A stretch of 64,000 nt of DNA from Eledone cirrhosa (taxonomy: Eukaryota): the NCBI GenBank assembly GCA_964016885.1, contig OZ024743.1:239320001-239384000 (forward strand). The letters run 5' to 3'. Below the pieces are notes generated by a model. That model was not told where the DNA came from and searched no databases. It worked only from the letters and a program-made list of their open reading frames with translations. The stretch's first letter is position 1. Every line of letters begins with the position of its first letter. This document shows, one piece after another, positions 51,901-64,000 of this stretch. The position numbers and the translations under genes are program-made.

Positions 51901-52145
51901 TTCTCCCTTTCTTCCTTGTTTCCTCTCTATATCTTTATTATTAATATTATTATTGATGATGTAATTTTCAATAACAGTTTCCGAAGATCTGATCGAGCTA
52001 ACATCGTATTTAAAATTGAGTGGCACTGCTTCTAGTGTTCAGCAATTTTTAAATATCTTTATCAGTGAAACAATTGTTAGACTGCAAAGAAATCCCCTTT
52101 TTTGTACTGTTGACCATGTTATTCTCCACTTTTTCAATTTTATTA
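48898..52145 (+). mobile_element. 5'-truncated Penelope-like element (Naiad-type) with inverted 5' pLTR, RT, GIY-YIG and 3' pLTR
   Basis: 48898-49170 is inverted at 51900-52140. KDHK*NFETNPTIRLI, FIQFDI, MGSNDSAQV, GGIYRDD, NFVDVSLNL, SNHP, WFNP, CNCHLPDKCSLQDRC (CxCx5Cx5C), YIGST..FKKRW, CGLCNME. Confidence 0.9.
51975..52084 (+). ncRNA. Hammerhead ribozyme in Penelope pLTR with ~70-nt stem II insertion (core CCGAAGA)
   Basis: cagttt CCGAAGA tctgat...atcagt GAAA caattg TT agactg. Inverted, further-mutated copy at 48953-49062. Confidence 0.65.
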
Positions 52146-52317
52146 CTCCAAGATAAACTTACATAGGAATACAAATGAAATCAGAAACTCGTCATCTACG
52201 TAAACCTCTTGCTGAGTCAAACAATGCCGTACGCTAAAACTATCCATAATAAGAAGTATGCATAACCTCTAACTGGATTACCTATAACGATATTTTGTTA
52301 TCCTTTATATATATATA

Positions 52318-52405
52318 TATAGAAGAGCTTCTATAGGACTAGAACTGTTGCATTCGTGAGAAATCATCAGGAAGCTCAGTTCTAGTCCTGTAGAAGCTCG
52401 TCTAT
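52318..52405. repeat. Short inverted repeat enclosing a degenerate HHR core
   Basis: atagaagagcttctataggactagaactg / cagttctagtcctgtagaagctcgtctat. Minus strand CTGATGA tttctcacgaat GCAA cagttc. Confidence 0.6.
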
Positions 52406-52479
52406 AGTAAACCTTTTATACTCTGCTATGTATTGAATACCTTACGTACTGTGATTACCTCCGATTCAGCCCGGAATAA

Positions 52480-52560
<81 letters not shown>

Positions 52561-52899
52561 TACTCACACTAATGCAGGGACATTACTTTTCACCCCGCAA
52601 GTAAAAGCAAAAAATGTCGGCATTCGAAAAAATCTCCAACACTATCGACTATATCATTTCTCCTTTTGATCCGAGATTGCTTTGCTACACAATGGCAAAA
52701 CACAAATAACAATATTTTCCAGAGCAAAACTAATATACAACGGAAAATTGGGTAATTACTCAGAAAATATAGACAACATACCTCCGTTTTAATGCGTTTG
52801 CTTTTGTTTACTTTCGACACGTTATATGTTGGAATTCTTTTTTCAACCAATTCTTTTGATGGACACAGTTGTTGTTGTAGTTGTTATTATTATTATTAT

Positions 52900-53960
52900 C
52901 GTTGTATTTATCTTGCTTTATGTTCATACGAGTTATCACCAAGTCACAACCAGTGACCTCAAGAGACAACAAGGTCCGCGATGTTCAAGAAAGAACATAC
53001 ATACACACACATGCATCTTTAGGTGTTTAGACTTGTGATGTACTTATATTGACAGAATCTTCCTTAGTATATGGGCAGTTCCCATTACTACTATCTTTTG
53101 TATTTCTCCTATACGCGGGTTTCCAGGGATTTGCGATAAGTAATCATTAGACCCATTAGGTATCATTCCTAGAGCGCCTACAACCACTGGTATTGTTTTA
53201 GTTCTCAATTTCCACATTTTTCCAATTTCTATCTCCAGGTCCTTATACTTGTTCAATTGTTCAAATGTTTTTATAGATACATTCTTGTCTATTGGAAAGG
53301 ACATATCAATTAGCAGGCATACCCTCTTTTTAAAGTCCTTCAGTATTATATCAGGTTTATTTGCATCTATTTTTCGGTCTGTTTGGATGCTAACGTTCCA
53401 CAAGATTGAGATGTGATCTTTTTCAAGTATGGGGGGTGGTTGATGCTCCCACCAATTCTTTTGATGGGGCAGGTCAAAATGCTTACACATTATCCAATGT
53501 ATGTATTCTGCAGCTCTGTCATGCCTGTTTAGGTATTCGGTTGGAACTATAGGACTGCACATTAAAATTATATGATCAATGGTCGCTGGTTGTTTTTTAC
53601 ATACACGGCATAATGGGTTGCATCCATTTTTTATTATGTTGGCTTGGTAATTTTTGTTACCAGACACTGATCTTGTGCTGATATAATCAGTCCTTCAGAC
53701 TTCGATTTCAGTCCAGAGGATGCCAAGCACTGATGGGTTACAGGATAACATCAGGATTGTTAGCTCTTGCTGGGTATTTTCCATACAGAGGTTTTTCTTG
53801 CCATTTCTTAGCCAGTTTCTGTAGCAGTTCTTTCTTTGGAGTTACTTTTACCTGCTTTGCTTTTTCTGTGTTTTTCATTTCAGCAGTAAATGGAACTACT
53901 GAGATTTGTTGTCCATTACTTTATCTTTGTGCATCTTTTGTAATGGAGTATGATCTTCTT
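52900..53960 (-). mobile_element. 5'-truncated Dong/R4 family A copy
   Basis: Highly similar to 416-1480. ORF 53044-53667 has CRVC..RHD..KPDI..KYKDL..GALG. (TAA)n on both sides. Confidence 0.92.
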
Positions 53961-53979
53961 CTTATTATTATTATTATTG

Positions 53980-55635
53980 TTCTTTGAGTCTCAGTCATTG
54001 ATGTTAGTTAACTGGAATGTTTGTTGAAATGAATATCAAGCCACTACCTGCAGCCTCAGATATTCAGGATGTATCGGAGGGTTCTTGCTGTTCCCAGCAA
54101 GCATGCCTTTTGAAGCGTTCCAAAAAGCGTGGCGGGGCCAATTTTCTTTAACCATCCCTGAAAACTTTTTGAGATAGTACCTAGTGCGCCTATGACAATC
54201 GGGACAACTTTGACTTCATGGCAGTTCCAAATCCTTTTTACCTCCCACTTTAAGTCATGGTATCGCTTAATTTTCTCCCTCTCCTCCTCTTGCACTCTCG
54301 TGTCGAATGGGCAGGCCACATCCACAATCAGGCACGATCTTTTTTCCTTGTCCAAAACCACCAGGTCAGGTCTATTGTGTTCCAGTTTCTTGTCCGTCAT
54401 ATCCTAAAATCCCATAGCACCTTCACCTGATCGTTTTCTATCACCGACTCTGGCTTATGCTCATACCACTTCTCAGAATGTGGTAAATTGTTTACTTTGC
54501 ATAGGTGCCAGTGGATCACCCTGCCCATCACATCATGTCGCCAGCCCTTATAGTGAGTCTGGGCTTGGTGTTTACACTCGGATACAATGTGAACCACAGT
54601 CTCCTCTCTCTCTCCACAGATCCTGCACAGTGGGCTAGCCTCCTCCTTGTAAATATGGTGTTTCAACCACTTCGTTTTGAGGGCCTGCCCTTGCGCAGCC
54701 ATTAACATTCCTTCTGTAGCCTTTTTAAAGTTTCCTCTTTTCAACCAGTTCCATGTCTGTGGATCTCTGAATTCAGTTTTCTCAAAGAAGGTACTATGAA
54801 GGGATTTTTCATGAAGGCTACTCTTTCTCCTTGTTGTTATTTCCTCCTTGGACATCCCCTGGTCTATTGTCCTCTCCATTAGTACAATTCTGAGCATTGG
54901 CTCCTTACTATCAGTCACGTATTTGTGTAGCTTGTTTTTCTTCATCTGAACACAGTCCTCTATGCTGATAAGACCTCTTCCACCTTCAGATATCCTTAAG
55001 TAGAGTCTATCGACATCACTCCTCTTGTGGAACATGTTGTAGATAGTCAATAGCTTCCTAGTCTTTCTATCCATTTCTTTTTGTTCAGCAACATTCCATC
55101 TCAGAATTCCCGCACTGTACCTAATAATAGACACAGCTCGGGAATTTACTGCACTTATGGCATTCCTACTGTTTAGATGTGACTTTAATACGCTCCTTCC
55201 TCTCCGAATGTATTCAGATCTTATCAATTACTTCATTTTTTTGTTCTTGATGTCATCAGCCTCCAGAACACCCAAATACTTGTATCCTTCTTCAGTGTCA
55301 ATTTCCTTTATCATCTCACCTGTTGGTACCTGAATTTCGTTGCTTCTGCTCAATTTACCCCTCTTCATCACAAGAAATCCACAATTGCATACATATATCA
55401 TTGCTGAAAATACGGACAGTGTCAACAAACACATCCAACTCCTTCTCACTCTTCCCGGAGAGCTTAAGATCGTCCATGAAGAGGAGGTGATTGATGGTAA
55501 GCTCTCCCTTTCAAAACTTTATCCTGCTCTCACTTTTCGCAGTATAATGGTCAGGGGCATCAGGGCAAGGACAAACAACAGAGGTGACAGACCATCTCCC
55601 TGGAAGATACCTCTCTTGATCGTCACGCCTCCCAA
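53980..55635 (-). mobile_element. 5'-truncated Dong/R4 family B copy
   Basis: GIFQGDGLSP, LFMDDLK, YKYLG, EGGRGL, CRIC..ETVVHIVSEC..WRHD, RPDL..VDVACP, IVIGALG. Flanked by (TAA)n. Confidence 0.9.
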
Positions 55636-55677
55636 TATTATTATTATTATAATTATTATTATTATTATTATTATTAT

Positions 55678-56235
55678 TTGCATTTATCTTGTTTTATGTT
55701 TATACGAGTTATCACCAAGTCACAACCAGTGACCTCAAGAGACAACAAGGTCCGTCATGTTCAAGAAAGAACATACATATTCACACATGCATCCTTAGTG
55801 TTTAGACTTGTGATGTACTTATATTGACAGGATCTTCCTTAGTATATGGGCAGTTCCCATTAGTACTATCTTTTGTATTTCTCCTATACGCGGGTTTCCT
55901 GGGATTTGCGATAATAGTCGTTAGACCCCTTAGGTATCATTCCCAGAGCGCCTACAACCACTGGTATTGTTTTAGTTCTCAATTTCCACATTTTTCCAAT
56001 TTCTATCTCCAGGTCCTTATACTTGCTCAATTTTTCAAATGTTTTTATAGATACATTCTTGTCTATTGGAACAGACATATCAATTAGCAGGCATACCCTC
56101 CTTTGAAAGTCCTTCAATATTATATCAGGTCTATTTGCATCTATTTTTCGGTCTGTTTGGATGCTAAAGTTCCACAAGATTGAGATGTGACCTTTTTCAA
56201 GTATGGGAGGTGGTTGATGCTCCCACCAATTCTTT
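55678..56235 (-). mobile_element. Short Dong/R4 family A 3' fragment
   Basis: Matches ~420-980. (TAA)n tail at 55635-55677. Confidence 0.9.
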
Positions 56236-56236
56236 T

Positions 56237-56334
<98 letters not shown>

Positions 56335-56599
56335 TGTGTGTGCGTGCGTGTGTGTGTGTTTGTGATTTCTCGTTGCCTCTCTGCATGCCTGCCTTCTTGC
56401 ATGCAAGTATTACTGGATGCATTTCCCTGTGTTCTACTTCGTTAATTATAATAGCTTTGTTAGATTGTTCGTTTAGACTAATGCCTGTATTGACGTTGTC
56501 ATTGTTGTTATTGTCTTTGCACTTGGTGAAGATTTATTATCATTTTTGGCTTTTCGTAAGTGCTAACTACTGACCAAATTTTCTGTTCATTATATATAT

Positions 56600-57290
56600 A
56601 TATATAAGTATGTACACGTACATAAATATATGTATACAGACGTATAGTAGTATCTATATATATATACATACATGCACACATATATATATGTACGTATGGA
56701 TTCACCGAACATTTATTATAATGCTAGGTGTGTTTGTAAACAAACATCCCGTATTAAGCCGTAGTGTCTAGCAAGCATCGTTGCTCGTTTGTTCAACACT
56801 GACAAAGGAACGCTGTACTAGTTTCAAGCTTATTAGCTATCGTCAGCAACGTATACCTTCCCGCCAGATTGTTGAACGTATATACTTACCTTATGCATAT
56901 TAACGGCTGAGTAGCCCAATTTGCATATCGAGTGGGTTAATCGGCTGGGTGCACCGAAAACGATAAACGGAAAAAATGAAACGAAATTTCATTTCCCACT
57001 CTTAGTACGGCTGTTACTTAAATATAAGTATGTACACGTACATACATATATGTATACAGATGTACAGTAGTATGTATATATATATACATACATGCACACA
57101 TATATATATGTACGTATGGATTCACCGAACATTTATTATAATGCTCAGTGTGTTTGTAAACAAACATCCCGTATTAAGCCGTAGTGTCTACCAACCATCG
57201 TTGCTCGTTTGTTCAACACTGACAAAGGAGTCTGTACTAGTTGCAAGCTTATTAGCTATCGTCAGCAACTTATACCTTCCTACCAATCTG
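56600..57290. repeat. ~420-bp unit in ~1.6 tandem copies, distantly related to the 19685 element
   Basis: 56604-56865 repeats at 57024-57285. gcaccgaaaacgataaacggaaaaaatgaaacgaaatt resembles 20130-20185. Confidence 0.7.
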
Positions 57291-57637
57291 GCAGGAAGAA
57301 AGGGGGAGATACAAAAATAAATAAAGAGAAAAAGGAGAGTGAAAGAGAGGGACAGAGAAATGGAGGGTAAGGGAAAGATAGCAGCAATAGAAAGGTGACG
57401 CCATTCAAAGGAGATAAGAAGATCCAACGGAAATATTTGAACATTGAAACAATTTTCAACATCTGTTTTAATATACTTATCTCTTAATGTTCTCACTGAT
57501 AGCTGTACATGATCAGAGTGGAGCTCTGCAGCACGATCTCTGTAGGTGTAAATGTATGTGCATGTGTGTGTCTGTGTGTGTGTGCGTGTGTACGTTTGTG
57601 AATCGGTATGTATATATATATATGCACGTAAATGTGC

Positions 57638-57672
<35 letters not shown>

Positions 57673-57674
<2 letters not shown>

Positions 57675-58225
57675 AAATAAAGTTAAATAAAAGTCAAATG
57701 ATTAAAATTTAGCTTCGTTTATTACTGCTATATATATTTCAGTGACAGCCATCTTTGGCTGTGACCTCTTCATGCGGTTTGAATTAGTATGTTATAGACA
57801 AGTACATATGTTGTTTAGGTGTATAATATTGTCAATACTCTGATATGCCCAGTTCCTTGTTGGGTTGTTAATTCACTGAGGAACTGGAGTCATATGACTC
57901 CAGTTCCCCAGTGAATTAACAACCCATTCACTGAGGAACTGGAGTCATATGACTCCAGTTCCCCAGTAAATTAACAACCCATTCACTGAGGAACTGGAGT
58001 CATATGACTCCAGTTCCTCAGTGAATTAACAACCCAACAAGGAACTGGGCATATCAGAGTATTGACAATATCATACACCTAAACAACATATGTACTTGTC
58101 TATACCATACTAATTCAAACTGCCTGAAGAGGTCGCAGCCAAAGATGGCTGTCACTGAAATATATATAGCAGTAATAAACGAAGCTAAATTTTAATCATT
58201 TGACTTTTATTTAACTTTATTTTAC
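57673..58225. mobile_element. Fold-back element: ~200-bp inverted arms each with an HHR, centre of three tandem 55-bp hairpin units
   Basis: 57673-57870 is the reverse complement of ~58027-58225. Units at 57871, 57926 and 57981: attcactgaggaactggagtcatatgactccagttcc(c/t)cagt(g/a)aattaacaaccc. Confidence 0.88.
58119..58173 (+). ncRNA. Type-I hammerhead ribozyme (intact core, predicted AUA cleavage after 58168)
   Basis: actgc CTGAAGA ggtcgcagcc-aaagat-ggctgtcact GAAA tatata TA gcagt aataaa. The mirror copy at 57724-57778 (-) has core ATGAAGA. Confidence 0.85.
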
Positions 58226-58379
58226 ACTACTCCGGAGTAACCAAACCAACCTGCGCACTTCGTCGAGTGCTCCAGCCTGCATACTGAGGTGTTGGTATAC
58301 AACCAACATAAACTCTAAATCTATCTATATATATATATATATATAAAATATATATATATATATACAGTATATATATACA

Positions 58380-59556
<1,177 letters not shown>

Positions 59557-59843
59557 CATATATATATAATTATTTATATATATATATATATATGTTATAT
59601 ATATATTTGGGGAGGGTCATATTTGCGTAATATTGCCAGAATTAATAACAGAACACACTCACTGTTTGGTTGGTTTTCGCTTCTCGCTGTCTTTTATATC
59701 TGCGATCTAACTTACTCGGTCCTCAATGTTGCCATTGACTGACCGACGGTCAAAAATAATACAGATACAATATAGACACAAACACATATATATAGTTTAC
59801 ATAATTTACATAAATCTTTCGTTGCACATCTGCAACATCGCTA

Positions 59844-59953
<110 letters not shown>

Positions 59954-59954
59954 G

Positions 59955-61545
59955 AATAAAGAAATCACAATGCTATCTTACAATTACAGGTTAATAAGTT
60001 GAGAATAGTAAAAACTTATAGAAATTACAAAACAGATACAAGCTTAAAGGGGTTTTTAACATATGCTATAAGTAGTTAGTAAAACGTATTCGGCCAATTC
60101 TATCTTCAAATAACAGGGGTAGAGGAACTGATGCTACAAGGCCCGATAGGCTGCATCGGGGTAGGCGAAAGGAGAAAGCAAACGAGGAAGAAAATAGGGG
60201 GTGGAAGGAAGTGATAGGATGAGACAGGGGGAAGAAGGAGACAAAGAGAAAAATAAAAGAGATACATTTACCTATGTAAGCTGGGGTTTCCCCTAACTTA
60301 TTCAGCAAGTGTGTGTTTGTGTGTGGGGGGGTATCAACCCTTGTCTACCCACCCGGTCGTTATAGGGTTTGAGGGCGAGGTAAGTCCTATGAAATCTGTG
60401 TTTGCATGCGGTTACCAGTTCATCTTTCTTGTTTAGGAGTTGGTCCTTCGAAAACAACATTTGTAATGTTTCCTCCGAGCATAAGTTACACGGAAATATC
60501 ATTCTCCACGCCAATAAGACAGTCCTACTTTTCGACAACTCCAAGTGGATAAAGAGAGCTCCCGACTCCCCATTCGACGTCAGTATGGGCGCGACGGATT
60601 CGGCCGAGGTCACAGGCCTTATAGGATTATTACTACTATTTAAACTCACCGAAATATTTCCTGCATTCGGCGGTGGATTGTACCGGGATGATGGGCTCCT
60701 CACCCTCAAAGAGTACAACCCCAGTAGTACAGACCGGGCTCGTAAACAACTAATCAACTTCTTCCGGGACTGGAGATTTAAAATCACCCTACAAACGTCC
60801 CTAACCTGAGTCAATTTCCTGGACGTTACCCTTAACCACGAAAATGATCTGTACTACCCATACAGGAAACCAAACGATAACCTGCACTATAGCCACCGCT
60901 GCTCTAACCATCCTAGAAACATCACCAATAACCTGGTTAAAAACATCTGCCCCCTGTTATTTTAAGATAGAATTGGCCGTATACGTTTTACTAACTGCTT
61001 ATAGCAGATGTGTTAAAAACCCCTTTAAGTTTGTATCTGTTTTGTAATTTCTATAAGTTTTTTCTATTCTCAACTTATTAATCTGTAATTGTAAGATAGC
61101 ATTGTGATTTCTTTATTCATTTCTCACTATATAATTTTATATATTTTTTTTATTTATTTATTTTTTAAATTTATTTCTAGTATCTTTTATTGTCTCCTAC
61201 TCTCTTTCGATTTACCTATTCTATAACCTTCCTCCCCCACTTCATACACTATCCTTAGAATCTGATGTATACATATCACTTTCAACGCTTGACCTCTCCA
61301 CTCACTCCCCTATTGTTCTACAGGCACGTTCAGCCACCCCTACCTCCCACCAAATGCCATGATAGACTTATTTGTGTTTACAACAAATTTGAACCAATCC
61401 TCTTGACAACTTCTATCTTCCCATATAAGGAAGTACCCCCTTGAAAAGTTCGGCTATTTATTCACCAGGCTAAAAATTCTAATTTAGTCCCGAAATAGCC
61501 GTAGAAACGGCTTGAGCTCTGCCGACGGGGTCATACTTTTTCCTG
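59955..61545 (+). mobile_element. Rearranged Penelope-like (Naiad-type) element: inverted 3' part + RT fragment + pLTR
   Basis: 59955-60492 is the inverse of ~22178-22712. 60495-60946 reads PFDVSMGATDSAEV, GGLYRDDGL, VNFLDV, SNHP. 60950-61500 matches 22538-23068. Degenerate HHR at 61435-61531. Confidence 0.85.
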
Positions 61546-61797
61546 TATATATATATACATATATACACACACTTCTTATACATATAACCGTTACTGGCAA
61601 TCGAATATGGCATCTTACTCAATACCATGCTTTCAATACAGGATTTATATGTTCATGAAGTCGAGGGCAAAGTTACACTCTCCCCCCTCCCTTACTCGAT
61701 CCTGTGTAAGATCTAGGATATTGCAAATGGAAGATACTTTATTTGCCAAGTATTCACTGATTATTTATCTAATTCGAAAGAATAAGACACATAATAT

Positions 61798-62470
61798 TTT
61801 GTAAACATAAATAATACAAATAATATTCAGGAAAAAAATACACACTTAAGGTGGAAAAAGCTATATTTTCCTGACAGTACTATTTTGTAGTCCAAGAGAA
61901 GCCGGCTAAATGAAAATCGACTCAAGCAATCAATTAACGATTATCGATTATCAACTATTGATTCCCATAAATCCAACAGAAGACAACGAACTACTTATCA
62001 GAGGAATTATCTTTGGATATGCTCCACACTGTACAAAATACCATTATATTTGTTGAGAGGAGTGAGTCTGATTTAACTTCAATTCGACATTGTGTCAAAA
62101 AACGTTTAATGATGAAGGCAGATATAAATACACCTGGACATCTTATCGACTAGAAAGAGCAGCGAGACATTCGTCAAAATTGAATCAACTCAACAAATTA
62201 ATAAATTTGGAGCAGCTATGTTAAGGCATCACATCATCTAATATCTATGATAATCGTGTTTCTCTTTAAATAGGCTCAATGGACATTAGTTCAGCTCATC
62301 ATTAATTTAAAAGATATATTCAGAGAGGGAGAGCGAAAGGATTCGTATATCATTTGAGAAACGCAGTATTTTGTACCCATACGAAACAGTACTGTCAGGA
62401 AAATCTAGCTTTTTCCATCTTAAGCATTTTTTTTTTTTCCTGAATACTATTTGTATTATATATGTGTACA
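61798..62470 (+). mobile_element. Small element with ~85-bp inverted ends and an HHR 3' half
   Basis: 61798-61880 is the inverse of 62388-62470. GAAA cagtactg TC agg at 62383-62399. Confidence 0.6.
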
Positions 62471-62749
62471 ATGTACTATGTGTTTCTTAAATGATGTACG
62501 ACTCTAAATGTATCTTTTAAATTTGAATTATACATAAGGTAGATTAGATGAGTTGATAATACTGTATAAGTCAGACAGATATTCAAAGCTCGAATTTGAT
62601 TTTATTACCCACAGCAAGATTAGCAAAAGATAGTTCAGAGTTTAATCCAATTTGTAAATGTCTGGTCATAGTATTTTTACAACGTCACTGAGGATATATG
62701 AAGTGATTAAATAAATAAGCAAGGTTTAATGCATTATTTAATTGACTTA

Positions 62750-62942
62750 CGGCGGTGGATTGGTAGTATCAGTAGAGGATCGGATGCCATGCTTTGAAGC
62801 ATAGAGTTACCTCCCTGTATGATCTGAGTTCAAATCCCGCCGAGGTTAACTTTGCCTTTCATCCTTCCGAGGTCGATAGAATAAAGTACCAGTAATGCAT
62901 TGGGTAATTGCTGGCCTTGTGCCAAAAGTAGAAACAATTATT
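62750..62942 (+). mobile_element. tRNA-derived SINE (full length)
   Basis: ggcggtggattggtagtatcagtagag, gagttcaaatcc and the conserved body, as at 2386. Confidence 0.88.
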
Positions 62943-63079
62943 TAATTGACTTACACATTTTTTATTCAAATACAGAAGGATGTAGCATTATATTCCTCTG
63001 TATCGAATTCATCAGAACCATTAGATAATATAAGAAAGATAGTTTTTTTACCAACCGCATGTCGAATGTCTCCGAACAT

Positions 63080-63290
63080 GTTTGTTATCACTGCTCTTTT
63101 GAGCTTCCATATAATTTTGGTTAAGATGTTAACCAAGGATTACCTTGCGGTGTCCCGTAAATCAATCCCTGTGTTGAAAAAAAACAACAAGATTTACTTG
63201 AAACACTTTATTAATAGTATTAATTCATTTATCCGACGTGTACGATGGAAATTCTTTTTTCACGAAAAGAAAACTAATTATAAAGAATAC
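63080..63290 (+). pseudogene. Penelope-like RT N-terminal fragment
   Basis: SRKSIP...YLKHFINSINSFIRRVRWKFFF resembles the PLE N-terminal S.KNIP...RMRWKA motif. Confidence 0.5.
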
Positions 63291-63628
63291 AACTATATGT
63301 ATATGATGCATATATATGTATGTGTGTATATGTATGTGTATATATGTATGTATATGGCAGTGCATATGTGTGCTACCATACATACATGTGAAACTGCTCT
63401 GATGAATTCGATACAGGGGAATATAATGCTAACTCCTGTATTTGACTGAATCATGAGAGAATCAATTATATAATGCACTAGCAGAATGGCTAGGCGTTTC
63501 ACGGGATTTGCTCTAGGGTTCTTATATGTTTGATATATATTTATCCTTATCGAACCTCGTGAAATGAATACGTTTGTTTATATGTTGTTATTATGTATGC
63601 AAAAATATCTATTACACGAATATATAAT

Positions 63629-63717
<89 letters not shown>

Positions 63718-63840
63718 ACAGATTAAAATAACAGACTAAAGTTTAAGCAAAGAATCGCTGCTTTCACCCTTAACGGGATCTTCTGAAACTAAAAAAATCA
63801 ATCTGTGAACGCAGAAGTGAATATTTCGAAAAACGTTACA

Positions 63841-63880
<40 letters not shown>

Positions 63881-64000
63881 TATATATACATATATACACA
63901 CACACACATATATAGCGTCATAATGTCGGAATGCAGACAGCTAGGCATACAAATAGATAGTATAAGGGCGCAATGTTATATTTATGTATCTGTCTAAAAT

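Noticed and set aside
57871-58035. Three palindromic 55-bp repeats resembling a CRISPR array
   Set aside because: No unique spacers, no cas genes and a eukaryotic context; this is a tandem hairpin inside a fold-back element.

Overview
AT-rich eukaryotic (animal) repeat-dense DNA with no recognisable host protein-coding exon. The repeat make-up (tRNA-type SINEs, very long (TA)n tracts, Dong/R4, RTE, Tx1, Penelope, Gypsy) suggests an octopus/coleoid cephalopod genome (inference). Content: five Dong/R4-type REL LINE copies, mostly in (TAA)n; two decayed RTE LINEs; Tx1-type LINE remnants, one interrupted by a Gypsy LTR element with matching 226-bp LTRs and a GTAT target-site duplication; several Penelope-like (Naiad/Neptune-type GIY-YIG) fragments; about 9 SINEs. 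The most notable signal is non-coding: about 20 minimal type-I hammerhead ribozyme (HHR) motifs, about 8 with intact cores. They lie in Penelope pLTRs and in short ORF-less elements embedded in (TA)n. These small elements are either ~1.5 tandem/permuted units plus an inverted segment (retrozyme-like) or palindromes whose fold-back axis maps to hammerhead stem II. All pairings were read by eye; element boundaries are approximate.
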